DNA from: an uncultured Burkholderiales bacterium
GTDB taxonomy: Bacteria; Vulcanimicrobiota; Xenobia; Xenobiales; QWHO01
Direction: 5' to 3'
Assembly: GCA_964637145.1 (NCBI GenBank)
Contig: CAZWUN010000002.1
Span: 1-61,389 of the forward strand
DNA length: 61,389 nt
The notes beneath the pieces were generated by a model. The model made no database searches. It had not been told where the DNA came from and saw nothing but the letters and a program-made list of their open reading frames with translations. Positions within the stretch are counted from its first letter, which is position 1. Each line of letters begins with the position of its first letter. A program made the position numbers and the translations under genes. This document shows positions 34,187 to 42,563 of this stretch, one piece after another.

Positions 34187-35932
34187 ATGCGCCGCCGGGG
34201 CATCGCACTTGTCCTCGTCTTGATCATGACCAGTCTGCTGTTCATGATGGTCCTGGCTCTCTACGTCTCTTCGCGTGGCGGGCTGTTTGCCACCATGAGC
34301 CACCAGCGCCACCTGTCCGCTCTCTACGTGGCCGAGGCCGGCCTGGCCGACGCGATGGACGCGCTGGAGGCCTCCAACTTCGCGCTCACCTCCGGAGTGC
34401 TCACCGGCACGCTGCCCGGAGTCGGAGGTCGCTGGCAGGTCGAGTTCCGTGACAGCGGCCCCTTCCTGGAAAGCCACTCGGTCAACAATCTCGGGTCGGA
34501 TGCCGCTGCCGAGAGCTACCGCGGAGTCGGATCGGTGCGGGGTCGCTCGGCCCTGATCATTGTGCGCGCCCAGGTGGGAGACGCCGAGAGGGTGCTGGAG
34601 GCGTCCGTGACGCGCTCGTCGATGGTCTTGAACACGGGGCGCGCCATCCAGTCCGGGGGGACCCTGCGGATGTCAGGCAACGTCCACGTGGACGGGATCC
34701 GGTCGCTGGAGGATACTACCCCGGTGGGCGGCAACATCCACAGCAACGGAGCTGCCGGGCTGGTGGTCGAATGGGACGGAACGGGCAGCGCCGACATCTC
34801 GGGCTCGGTCACCTCGGTGGCCGCCGGTGGCGGGGCCATCGACCTGAACGGCTATCTTCCCGGCGGGGGAGTGGCCCCCGGAGCTTCGGTGGCCCCCTTT
34901 CCCGTGGTGAACATCGCCGGAACGGTGGCTGGCAAGAGCGCAAGTCCCACGCCCGCCATCCCTCCGGTGGGCGCGACCACCCTTCCTGGCGGCGACTTCT
35001 ACCTTCCCGCCGGCACGACCATCAACGGAGACCTGGAGCTCAACGGCAGCAATCTTTACGTGAACGGTCCCCTGACCGTCAACGGCAGCATCACGGGCAG
35101 CGGCTCAGTGTATGCCACGGGAGACACCTCCCTGAAGGGCAGCGCTTCCGTTCTGGCTGGCTCGGGGGAGCAGGTAGCCCTGTTCAGCGGGGGGGATCTC
35201 ACCCTGTCCGGTTTCGATGGCAACCAGTACCTCGACGCCCTGGCCGTCGTCGACCCGGCGGCCGACAGCTATCTCGACAACGCCCGCTTGACGCTCAACG
35301 ACATGAAGAGCCAGCTGAGTAATCCCGTCGCGAATCTCTTCGCCAATTCCAACGTCGACCGGATGAGGCGCACGCTGGGGCATTCAACCAGCACGACCTA
35401 TACCTACATGGCTCGACCGGCCGACTGCCTGGGGCAACTGGCCCTGCGCATCGAGGCCAACCAGCCGTTGCCAAGCCCGACTCGAGACTTCCTGCTCAAG
35501 AAGCTGGATGACCTGTCTGGCGCCTACAATCAAGGGCAACCCTACGGCAACCAGATCACCGGGTTCTTCGCCAACATCACCTCTCCGGATACTCCCGCCA
35601 GCGTGGTCGCGGACCACCTGGCCAGCGGACGCACCAACAATCTGGTCGACGCCATCAACGATAATGCTCAGACGGACCTGGCGGACGAATTGCAGCAGAT
35701 GCTCGACTGGATCGGTGACGAAGACCTGGGGAACGCCTACTTCCGTGGTCTGGTCTACTGCGACGGCTCCATAACCGCCAGCAATGACGTCACCGTGGTC
35801 GGATCGCTCATGGGTCGGGGTGACATCAATCTGCAAGACGGCGTCCGGGTAACCTTTGTGGAGGATCTGTTCCAGGATGCCACGGCTTCCAGCGTCGGGG
35901 GGCTCGTGGTGTCCAGCTGGATCGGTCGCTGA
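34187..35932 (+). CDS. PilX-N-like membrane-anchored protein with long Gly/Asn/Ser-rich beta-helix-like region
   Basis: ATG at 34187 inside ORF 33650... The N-terminus MRRRGIALVLVLIMTSLLFMMVLALYV resembles PilX/GspK-type minor pilin leaders. It is followed by repetitive G..V..G/NG motifs. Confidence 0.7.
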   Translation: MRRRGIALVLVLIMTSLLFMMVLALYVSSRGGLFATMSHQRHLSALYVAEAGLADAMDALEASNFALTSGVLTGTLPGVGGRWQVEFRDSGPFLESHSVNNLGSDAAAESYRGVGSVRGRSALIIVRAQVGDAERVLEASVTRSSMVLNTGRAIQSGGTLRMSGNVHVDGIRSLEDTTPVGGNIHSNGAAGLVVEWDGTGSADISGSVTSVAAGGGAIDLNGYLPGGGVAPGASVAPFPVVNIAGTVAGKSASPTPAIPPVGATTLPGGDFYLPAGTTINGDLELNGSNLYVNGPLTVNGSITGSGSVYATGDTSLKGSASVLAGSGEQVALFSGGDLTLSGFDGNQYLDALAVVDPAADSYLDNARLTLNDMKSQLSNPVANLFANSNVDRMRRTLGHSTSTTYTYMARPADCLGQLALRIEANQPLPSPTRDFLLKKLDDLSGAYNQGQPYGNQITGFFANITSPDTPASVVADHLASGRTNNLVDAINDNAQTDLADELQQMLDWIGDEDLGNAYFRGLVYCDGSITASNDVTVVGSLMGRGDINLQDGVRVTFVEDLFQDATASSVGGLVVSSWIGR

Positions 35933-35936
35933 CATC

Positions 35937-36368
35937 GTGTCGCGTCGCGGTTTTTCCCTGGTTGAGATGATGCTGGCCCTGGGCGTCGTGACGGTAGCCA
36001 TCCTGGCGCTGGTCTCGGTGTTCGTCTCGGGGGTCAAGATGGCAGCCCAGGCTCGCGACATCGCCGCCGCCAACGAACTTGCCCGTCAAGTTCTGGAGAG
36101 AACCCGCTTCAGCATCCGCACAGGCGGTCTGGCGGTGGTTCCTTCGGGGAGCTACACTTTCGACGGAAGAATTCCCGACCCTCAGGTCGGGGTCGCTCCG
36201 TTGGAGTTTCCGCCCCCTCCCTACCCCGGTCGGGCGGCCAACAAGCAGAATTACTCCATCGTGGTCTCCGGCTCGGAGATCACCCCCGGGCGCCTGAAGG
36301 CCATCCGGGTCGAAGTTCGCTGGGGCACGACCAGCCAGGTGGCCCTGGAGACCCACCTGCACCCGTGA
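35937..36368 (+). CDS. prepilin-type N-terminal cleavage/methylation domain protein
   Basis: A GTG at 35937 gives VSRRGFSLVEMMLALGVVTVAILAL, the class III signal (G|FSLVE). Confidence 0.75.
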   Translation: MSRRGFSLVEMMLALGVVTVAILALVSVFVSGVKMAAQARDIAAANELARQVLERTRFSIRTGGLAVVPSGSYTFDGRIPDPQVGVAPLEFPPPPYPGRAANKQNYSIVVSGSEITPGRLKAIRVEVRWGTTSQVALETHLHP

Positions 36369-36949
36369 CCGTTCCACGCGGACATACCCTGCTCGAGCAA
36401 CTGGTGGGGATGGGACTGCTTTCCGGCCTGATGCTGATGATGTTCTTCATCTACCAGTACGGTGCCAGCGCCTGGAAGAAGGGGGAGACCGAGACCGATC
36501 TCCTCCAGGAGTCACAGAAGTTGGTCGCGAGATTGCAGCGGGAGGCCGAGCGAAGCGTCTACGCCAGCGTCAGTCTCGACCCGGGGCCAGACACGGGCAC
36601 GGCGGTCGCCTTCATGAGCTGTTGGGACGAAACCACCAGTCGCTTTGACGTCGACCCGGCCACCGGCGGCCCCATGTGGCGCGAGTATTTAGTGTTCTAC
36701 TACGACAGCCCCAGTCGGGAAGTGCGCTGGAAGAAGATCCCCATTGCCCCAACCGCGGTTCCCGCACCGCTCGTGGGACTGGCCGGCGAGCGTAGCGGTG
36801 GACGGGTGCTGGCCCGCGACGTGGTTCGCTGCGATTTCCAGCTCACCCAGCAATTGCTGGGCCTGGAGCTGGAGATCGAGAAGAAGCGCTACGGCACGCC
36901 AACCCCGGAGCGTCTGCAGCTTCCGGTGCTGATCTACCTGCGTAACTAG
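36365..36949 (+). CDS. pseudopilin-like protein (degenerate prepilin leader)
   Basis: The GTG at 36365 overlaps the previous stop. RGHTLLEQLVGMGLLSGLMLMMFF resembles G-x-T-L-x-E plus a hydrophobic helix. Confidence 0.6.
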   Translation: MTVPRGHTLLEQLVGMGLLSGLMLMMFFIYQYGASAWKKGETETDLLQESQKLVARLQREAERSVYASVSLDPGPDTGTAVAFMSCWDETTSRFDVDPATGGPMWREYLVFYYDSPSREVRWKKIPIAPTAVPAPLVGLAGERSGGRVLARDVVRCDFQLTQQLLGLELEIEKKRYGTPTPERLQLPVLIYLRN

Positions 36950-37122
36950 TGTTGTTGGTGCGGCGCCTGGCTTCTGCCTGAGAGCGGCGCGGATGGAGGG
37001 TCCGAGCCCGCTGCCATGATGACGGGCCAGGCATTCGTGACAATCCGATGAGGGCCTGGATGCAGACTTTCATCGAAGATTCGGGTAGAGCTTCATGAAG
37101 ACCGTCTACAATCCAGGCATCG

Positions 37123-38619
37123 ATGTATTCGCTTCCTCTGGATGTGTTGCTTATCGGTCACCCCGGTCCGCTGCAAGAAGCTGCTCTGGAGTGTCTGCAG
37201 CGGCAGCAGGTCTGCGCCGTTCTGGCCTGTAGTCAGAACGATGCTCTGGCGGAACTGAAGCGGCGGCACTTTGATGCCGTTCTTTTGCAGGGGGAGCAGT
37301 CAGAGCTCGACCTCGCGATCGTCAGCGAGGTAGCCCGTCTCGGTCCTCAGGCGGCCGTCATCTTGCTCACGTCCGAGCCCTGCTACCAGTTTGGCCTGGC
37401 AGCAGTGCGGGCGGGGGCCGATGAACACCTGGCCCTGTCGCGGCTGCCCGAGGGCGAGGTCTATCGGTCCGTGCGATTTGCCGTCGAGCGAAGGCGGGCC
37501 GAGCAGGCCAACAGCCAGGCCCTGGCTCAGGTTCACCAGGCCCAGAAGATGGAGGCTCTAGGTCGGGTTGCCGCTGGAATGACCCACGACTTTCGTAACC
37601 TGGTGACCATCATTCTGGGCAACTGCCAGATCCTCAAGCGACTCTTACCCCCCGACCAGGAGCGGCTCTTGACGCCCGTTGACGAGATCTACCTGGCCGG
37701 GCAGAAAGCCTCCAATGTGGTCGGTCACCTCCTGCAATTCGCTCGCAACCAGAGTCGCGAGGCCAGCAGCCTGGATCTCAATGAGTTGGTCGGCGAGTTA
37801 CAGCCACTGGTTCGTCCCCTTCTGGCCAATCGCATTCATCTGGATCTCGAACTTTGCGAGTTTCCTCTCCCGGTGCTGGCCAACCCTACCTCCCTCGAGC
37901 AGATCATGATGAACCTGGTCGTCAATGCGGTGGACGCCCTTGCCAACGAGGGGCACCTGCATCTGGCCACCTCGGCTCTATGGCTCCAGTCGCCCTATCA
38001 TGGCTCCGGGCTCAGTCTCACCCGGCCTGCCTACGCCATGCTGACAGTGGCGGACAGTGGTTGCGGGATGGAGGCTGAGGTGCTGGCCCGCATCTTCGAG
38101 CCATTCTTTACCACCAAGTCGAGAGGGACCGGCCTGGGCCTGTCCACCGTGTTCACGCTGGCCAGGGAGATGGGAGGGGAACTGTCGGTTTCCTCCCAGC
38201 CCGGCGTAGGGACTGCCTTTCGCTTGCTCTTGCCAACCAGCGCTGCTGAGCCTGATCAGCCGCGCCCCGGTGGCGCTCGCACGGCTCTCATTCTCGATGC
38301 TGAGGTTTCCGAACAATTGACCTTGCGGCGACTGCTCGAGGGTCTGGGCATCGAGGTGATTGAAGCTCGGCACGCGTCGGAGTTAAAGCGGATGCTCAAG
38401 ATCAAGTCGGTGGATCTGGTGCTGGCTGACCTGAGCACGCTGCAAGGCAACCGGGGAGCCGGTCTGAAGACCTTGGCCGATGCCCGCACGGTATGGCTGT
38501 CCGAACTGCCTCCATTCATCTTGGAGGCGCGCGGCATCGACCTGTTGGGGGCCCCGGTGCTCGAGAAGCCCTTCTCCCGCTACCGAATTCTCAAGGCTCT
38601 TCAGGCTCTCAACCCCTGA
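37123..38619 (+). CDS. hybrid histidine kinase (pseudo-receiver - HisKA - HATPase_c - receiver)
   Basis: H-box MTHDFRNL and HATPase motifs (NLVVNAVDA, DSGCGM, GTGLGLS). The N-terminal REC-like domain has Q in place of the phospho-Asp (AVLLQGE). The C-terminal REC retains VDLVLADL and EKPF. Confidence 0.85.
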   Translation: MYSLPLDVLLIGHPGPLQEAALECLQRQQVCAVLACSQNDALAELKRRHFDAVLLQGEQSELDLAIVSEVARLGPQAAVILLTSEPCYQFGLAAVRAGADEHLALSRLPEGEVYRSVRFAVERRRAEQANSQALAQVHQAQKMEALGRVAAGMTHDFRNLVTIILGNCQILKRLLPPDQERLLTPVDEIYLAGQKASNVVGHLLQFARNQSREASSLDLNELVGELQPLVRPLLANRIHLDLELCEFPLPVLANPTSLEQIMMNLVVNAVDALANEGHLHLATSALWLQSPYHGSGLSLTRPAYAMLTVADSGCGMEAEVLARIFEPFFTTKSRGTGLGLSTVFTLAREMGGELSVSSQPGVGTAFRLLLPTSAAEPDQPRPGGARTALILDAEVSEQLTLRRLLEGLGIEVIEARHASELKRMLKIKSVDLVLADLSTLQGNRGAGLKTLADARTVWLSELPPFILEARGIDLLGAPVLEKPFSRYRILKALQALNP

Positions 38620-38636
38620 GCCGATCCGGAGCCAGC

Positions 38637-38666
38637 GCAAGCCCCAGACGAGCTGGTCGGGCTTGC
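38637..38666 (+). terminator. 8-bp GC hairpin downstream of the kinase gene (no U-tract)
   Basis: GCAAGCCC, a 14-nt loop, then GGGCTTGC. Confidence 0.3.
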
Positions 38667-38727
38667 TGTGCGAGCAGACCCCGGCCAGGCGAACGCTGCC
38701 CGATGCTACCAATCTGTTAGGATGTAT

Positions 38728-38743
38728 GCATATTATAATATGC
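38728..38743. promoter_or_regulatory. 16-bp perfect AT-rich palindrome containing TATAAT
   Basis: GCATATTATAATATGC is its own reverse complement. It sits in an AT-rich patch of about 65 nt inside a high-GC intergenic region. Confidence 0.5.
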
Positions 38744-38823
38744 CTACTTTAATGGATTATTCATCAGCCTTGCTGCCGTCTCTTCACAATGCGGCCTTAT
38801 CCTGAGCTTGGAGGTGAAGCAAG

Positions 38824-38946
38824 ATGATGCAGGGACTGGTGCTGATGATCCTGGTTGTCAGCCTGTTGCTGACCTTGCCCGCGACCTTCAGCTTCTCGAC
38901 TGTCAGACCGACTGTGCAGCCCTGGAGTGATCGCTTCGATCGGTGA
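38824..38946 (+). CDS. candidate 40-aa hydrophobic peptide (MMQGLVLMILVVSLLLTLPATFSFSTVRPTVQPWSDRFDR)
   Basis: Below the ORF-track cutoff. GGAGGTG lies 8 nt before the ATG at 38824. The stop is 12 nt before the PilZ gene ATG, which has its own GAGGAG. Confidence 0.45.
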   Translation: MMQGLVLMILVVSLLLTLPATFSFSTVRPTVQPWSDRFDR

Positions 38947-38958
38947 GAGGAGATAGCC

Positions 38959-39894
38959 ATGTTGAACTGGAGAACGCGCACCACTTTAATCGATATCCGA
39001 GGGGACAAAGCGACTGTTCTCTCCTCGCGCCCCGTGGACCGGGGACGTGAAGTGGTCCTGGATGGCAAGGCGCGGCTCAGAGTGGAAGTCTGTCGTCCGC
39101 ACCGAGGGGGGGGATACGTCCTGGCGGGTGTGGCCAGGGACGCGAATGGTCTGGCTCCGTCCCCGACCTCCCAGGAGGGGATCAGGCGCCACGAGCGGGC
39201 GACGCTGCGCAGCCGGGTCATGTCGGCCCAATTACCTGGCTACAGGGCTGTAACTCTTGATTGCAGCCTCAGTGGCCTCCTGCTCGAGACCGAAGGGCCG
39301 GTTCCGCCTGGGACCAGGCTGAACCTGGAAATCGAGTTGGAGTCGGTGGAGACCCCCCTGAAAGTAACCGGCCGCACGGTCTGGTGCGACCAGAAGATAC
39401 CCAAGCGATGGCTGGTCGGCCTGGAGTTGATTCAGCCGGACGCAGGTCTGATCGAGGTTCTCAAACAGATCACCGGTGACGCTGCAGGGGGCGCGGGGGC
39501 GGCAGGGATGGAATCGGATCACGGCTCCGCAGCCGGGGAGGCGAAACCGATGAAGCTCCCCCCTCGCCCAAGCACGCGCCGAGCCGAGTTGGTCGCCCAC
39601 TTGCGCCACTATCGATTCGAGCCTTCTTGCCTGAAAGTCGACCTCGTTCTTCCCCACGGCACGCTTCACTGTATTGAGATTCCCGAGCCCAGATCGCTGA
39701 GAGACAATCGCCCTCTGGCTGGCACTCATCTGAGTTACCTGGAGCTCGAGCAGGACGGATTCCAGGCTGTGTACCGTTTCCAAAGCCCCTGGAACGAGGT
39801 GGTTTTGGAGGTGACCGCCGCGCCTGGCTCCCAGGAGATCTGGCGAGGCCTGCCTCCTCTTCATCCGCGGCGAATTCGGCTGGCTCTCTCCTGA
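38959..39894 (+). CDS. PilZ-domain protein
   Basis: RRHER (RxxxR) is followed by DCSLSGL (DxSxxG). The C-terminal half is unclassified. Confidence 0.75.
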   Translation: MLNWRTRTTLIDIRGDKATVLSSRPVDRGREVVLDGKARLRVEVCRPHRGGGYVLAGVARDANGLAPSPTSQEGIRRHERATLRSRVMSAQLPGYRAVTLDCSLSGLLLETEGPVPPGTRLNLEIELESVETPLKVTGRTVWCDQKIPKRWLVGLELIQPDAGLIEVLKQITGDAAGGAGAAGMESDHGSAAGEAKPMKLPPRPSTRRAELVAHLRHYRFEPSCLKVDLVLPHGTLHCIEIPEPRSLRDNRPLAGTHLSYLELEQDGFQAVYRFQSPWNEVVLEVTAAPGSQEIWRGLPPLHPRRIRLALS

Positions 39895-39915
39895 GTTGAC
39901 GGGGGCTTTGCCTCC

Positions 39916-40797
39916 CTACCGCCCGCGCTCCTCCAGGTCGCTCACCAGCTTGGTCAGGATGGCATCGCTCGAGCGCCGTCGGGCCAGCTCGCGGGCCAGC
40001 TCCAGGGCGGGCGCGTAGAGCTCCTCCGCCAGGTAGGCGGCCAGCAGCTCGTTGAGGGGGGCCAGATCGTCCGGGTGGGCCTGCAGCTCCATCCTTGCCT
40101 CGCGGGCGAGGGCCTCGTAGCGCTCGGTCTCTTCGCTGGAGAGCACCCGCAGCGAGACCGGTAGGGGCTCGTTAGGGATGTGCGAGCCGTCGGCCCGGAA
40201 GGCCGTCAGCGAGAGCAGATAGCTCTTGCCCGGGGAGAGCTCGACCTGCATCCGGGCCGGCTCGGGAGGCACGCGTTGCTTGAGCACCCGCTTGAAGGTG
40301 CCCGCCTCCTCGATCATGACCTCCAGCTCGGGGAACCGCTCGCTGCTGACCCAGCGCAGCACCGGGCGGGAGGTCAGGCTGACCGGGTCGTTGACGAAGC
40401 GCAGCTCCCCCCGGCGCAGGCCCCCGATCTTGTCCAGGTTCAGTCCCCTGGGCAGGGCTGCCGAATCTGATCCCTCGGCGGGGCGCATCGTGACCGCCGG
40501 GGCGCCCTCGAGCACCTTCGCGCCGGTGGCCTCCAGGCGGGCCAGGCAGGGCCCCTTCAGGCGCTCGCGCAGGCCGCCCTGCACGAAGCTGAGGCTCAGC
40601 TCGGCCCCGGCGGGCAGCCGCAGCTCTTGACCGGCGGGCAGCATGCCAAAGAGCGAGATCCCATCGATCTTGCCCTTCAGGTCGCTCACCATGGCCACCG
40701 GGGGGGCTCCGGCCGCGACCAGCAAGAGCAGCACCAGCCACGAAACGATCGACCGCTGGAAAAGCCGCTCCTGTCGCGGCTGTGACTGTGGCTTCAT
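39916..40797 (-). CDS. membrane-anchored hypothetical protein coupled to the CHASE2 cyclase
   Basis: The ATG at 40797 (MKPQSQ...) overlaps the cyclase stop (ATGA). It has one TM segment (IVSWLVLLLLVAAG). The earlier part of ORF 39916..41109 is antisense-like. Confidence 0.65.
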   Translation of the reverse strand: MKPQSQPRQERLFQRSIVSWLVLLLLVAAGAPPVAMVSDLKGKIDGISLFGMLPAGQELRLPAGAELSLSFVQGGLRERLKGPCLARLEATGAKVLEGAPAVTMRPAEGSDSAALPRGLNLDKIGGLRRGELRFVNDPVSLTSRPVLRWVSSERFPELEVMIEEAGTFKRVLKQRVPPEPARMQVELSPGKSYLLSLTAFRADGSHIPNEPLPVSLRVLSSEETERYEALAREARMELQAHPDDLAPLNELLAAYLAEELYAPALELARELARRRSSDAILTKLVSDLEERGR

Positions 40798-42563
40798 GCG
40801 CCCTCCCGAGAGATCGCGTAGACGCGAACCTGCTTGACTCGACCTTTCACCGGGTGCTCGCCCTGATCCTCGATGCGCAGACCTGGAGTGGGCCCGGCGG
40901 CCTCGACGGTGGCCTGGCTGGCCAGGATGGCCACCCCCACCTTCTTGGTCAGATCCTGGATGCGCGCGCCCTGGTTGGCGTTGTCGCCCACGGCCGTGTA
41001 CTCGCTCTTCTGGTCGTTGCCGATGGTGGCCAGCAACATCTCGCCCGTGTGGATGCCCACCTTGAGCCCGTAGAAGCCGGGCTTGCCGCGCTGGGCCAGC
41101 TCGCGGCACCGCTCCACCATGGCCACCCCCGTCTGCAGGGCCGCCTGGGCGGGATTGGGGTGGGCCAGGGGAGCCCCGAACAGCACCATGAACTGGTCCC
41201 CCACGAAGCGGATGATGGTGCCCCGGTGGGCGAAGATCACCCGGGACATCTCCTGGTAGTGCTCGTCGAGCATCCGGGCCACCACCACCGGGTCCTCCAC
41301 CTCACAGACGGTGGAGAAGTCGTTGATGTCCGAGAACAGCACCGTCACGACGCGGCGGGAGTTGAGCTGGGAGCGGCGCAGCCCGGGGTCGGCCAGCATC
41401 TCGTCGAGCACCTCGGGGGCCACGAAGCGCTCAATGGCCCGCTCGAACTCGATGCGCTCGCGCTCTACCGAGCGCAGGCGGGCGGCCGTGGCCAGCACCA
41501 GGCAGAGAGGCTGCGACAGGAAGATGGGGGCCAGCTCCAACCAGCGCCCGGCCAGCACGAAGAGGAGATAGCCTCCCAGCAGCGCCCCCAGGCTGACCGC
41601 CAGCCAGACCAGGAAGACCCGGGCGGCGCGCCAGAAGGTGGCGGCCAGGGCCAGTGCCAGATTGGCCAGAAACAGGGCTCCGAGACCCACCCAGGGTGGC
41701 ACCGGGAGCAGCTTCTGGCCGGTCAGCAGCGTGTTCAGGGTGAAGGCCTGCACCCAGAGGCCCGGCATGGAGTGGCGCCGTCCATCCGAGGCCGGCCGCA
41801 GGCTGAAGGGGGTGTCGGCCAGGTCCTGATCGGAGCGGGCCAGCGTGCCCACCAGCACGACCTTGCCCGCGAAGGCGCGGCGCAGAGCCTCGGGGGACAT
41901 CTCCAGCACCTCTTCCAGGCGGTAGCTGGCGAAGTGGCTGCCGCTCTGGTAGTTGATCATGACCAGCGGCTCGCTGGCCCGGACGCGGGCGTGCCGCTCG
42001 GCCAGCAGGGCCGCCAGGAAGGGCCAGCTGTCGCGTCCCAGGGCCCGGTGGGGGAGGGGTTGCACGGCCTGGGACCGGGCCACGCCGTCGAAGTCGCGGG
42101 TCAGGTTGGCCAGGGCCAGGTTCTCAGCCCCCAGCGCGGCCACCACCTCGTCGGCCGGGTGAACCAGCGTCTCCCCGTCCAGGGCGGCGATCAGGACCAG
42201 CTTGCCGCGGTGCTGCACCGCCACCCGCGCAAAGTCGGCGAAATCGGCCGGCTCGACGTGGGTGGGGATGACGTCCAGACCCACCACCGTGGCCCCGTTG
42301 TCCAAGAGCTTTCCGGCCAGCCGGCCCCAGAGGCCGAGCCAGAAGACCGGATGGCGTTCGAGGGCCCGGTAGCTCCTCTCGTCGAACTCGATCAGGGCGA
42401 TGGAGGGATCCACCCGGACGGCCTGATCCGAGCGCCAGACGAAGCGGGCGTCCAGCAGCGTGAGCTCGAGACGGCGCACCAGGTCGGTGGTGCGCAGCAT
42501 CCAGAAGACCGTCGTGACCAGGGCCGCCACGGCCAGGGCGGTCACGGCAGGGCGGATCGGCAT
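40794..42563 (-). CDS. CHASE2 sensor-containing class III adenylate/guanylate cyclase
   Basis: ATG at 42563 (MPIRPAVTALAVAALV...), then a CHASE2-like region and a TM block. The cyclase core has VTVLFSDINDFS, RFVGDQFMVLFGAP and YTAVGDNANQGARIQ. Confidence 0.85.
   Translation of the reverse strand: MPIRPAVTALAVAALVTTVFWMLRTTDLVRRLELTLLDARFVWRSDQAVRVDPSIALIEFDERSYRALERHPVFWLGLWGRLAGKLLDNGATVVGLDVIPTHVEPADFADFARVAVQHRGKLVLIAALDGETLVHPADEVVAALGAENLALANLTRDFDGVARSQAVQPLPHRALGRDSWPFLAALLAERHARVRASEPLVMINYQSGSHFASYRLEEVLEMSPEALRRAFAGKVVLVGTLARSDQDLADTPFSLRPASDGRRHSMPGLWVQAFTLNTLLTGQKLLPVPPWVGLGALFLANLALALAATFWRAARVFLVWLAVSLGALLGGYLLFVLAGRWLELAPIFLSQPLCLVLATAARLRSVERERIEFERAIERFVAPEVLDEMLADPGLRRSQLNSRRVVTVLFSDINDFSTVCEVEDPVVVARMLDEHYQEMSRVIFAHRGTIIRFVGDQFMVLFGAPLAHPNPAQAALQTGVAMVERCRELAQRGKPGFYGLKVGIHTGEMLLATIGNDQKSEYTAVGDNANQGARIQDLTKKVGVAILASQATVEAAGPTPGLRIEDQGEHPVKGRVKQVRVYAISREGA

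Noticed and set aside
35880-35932. C-terminus SSVGGLVVSSWIGR of the PilX-like protein as a seventh member of the tail family
   Set aside because: Only the VGG core matches. The flanking hydrophobic pair and the basic residues are absent, so I left it out of the family.
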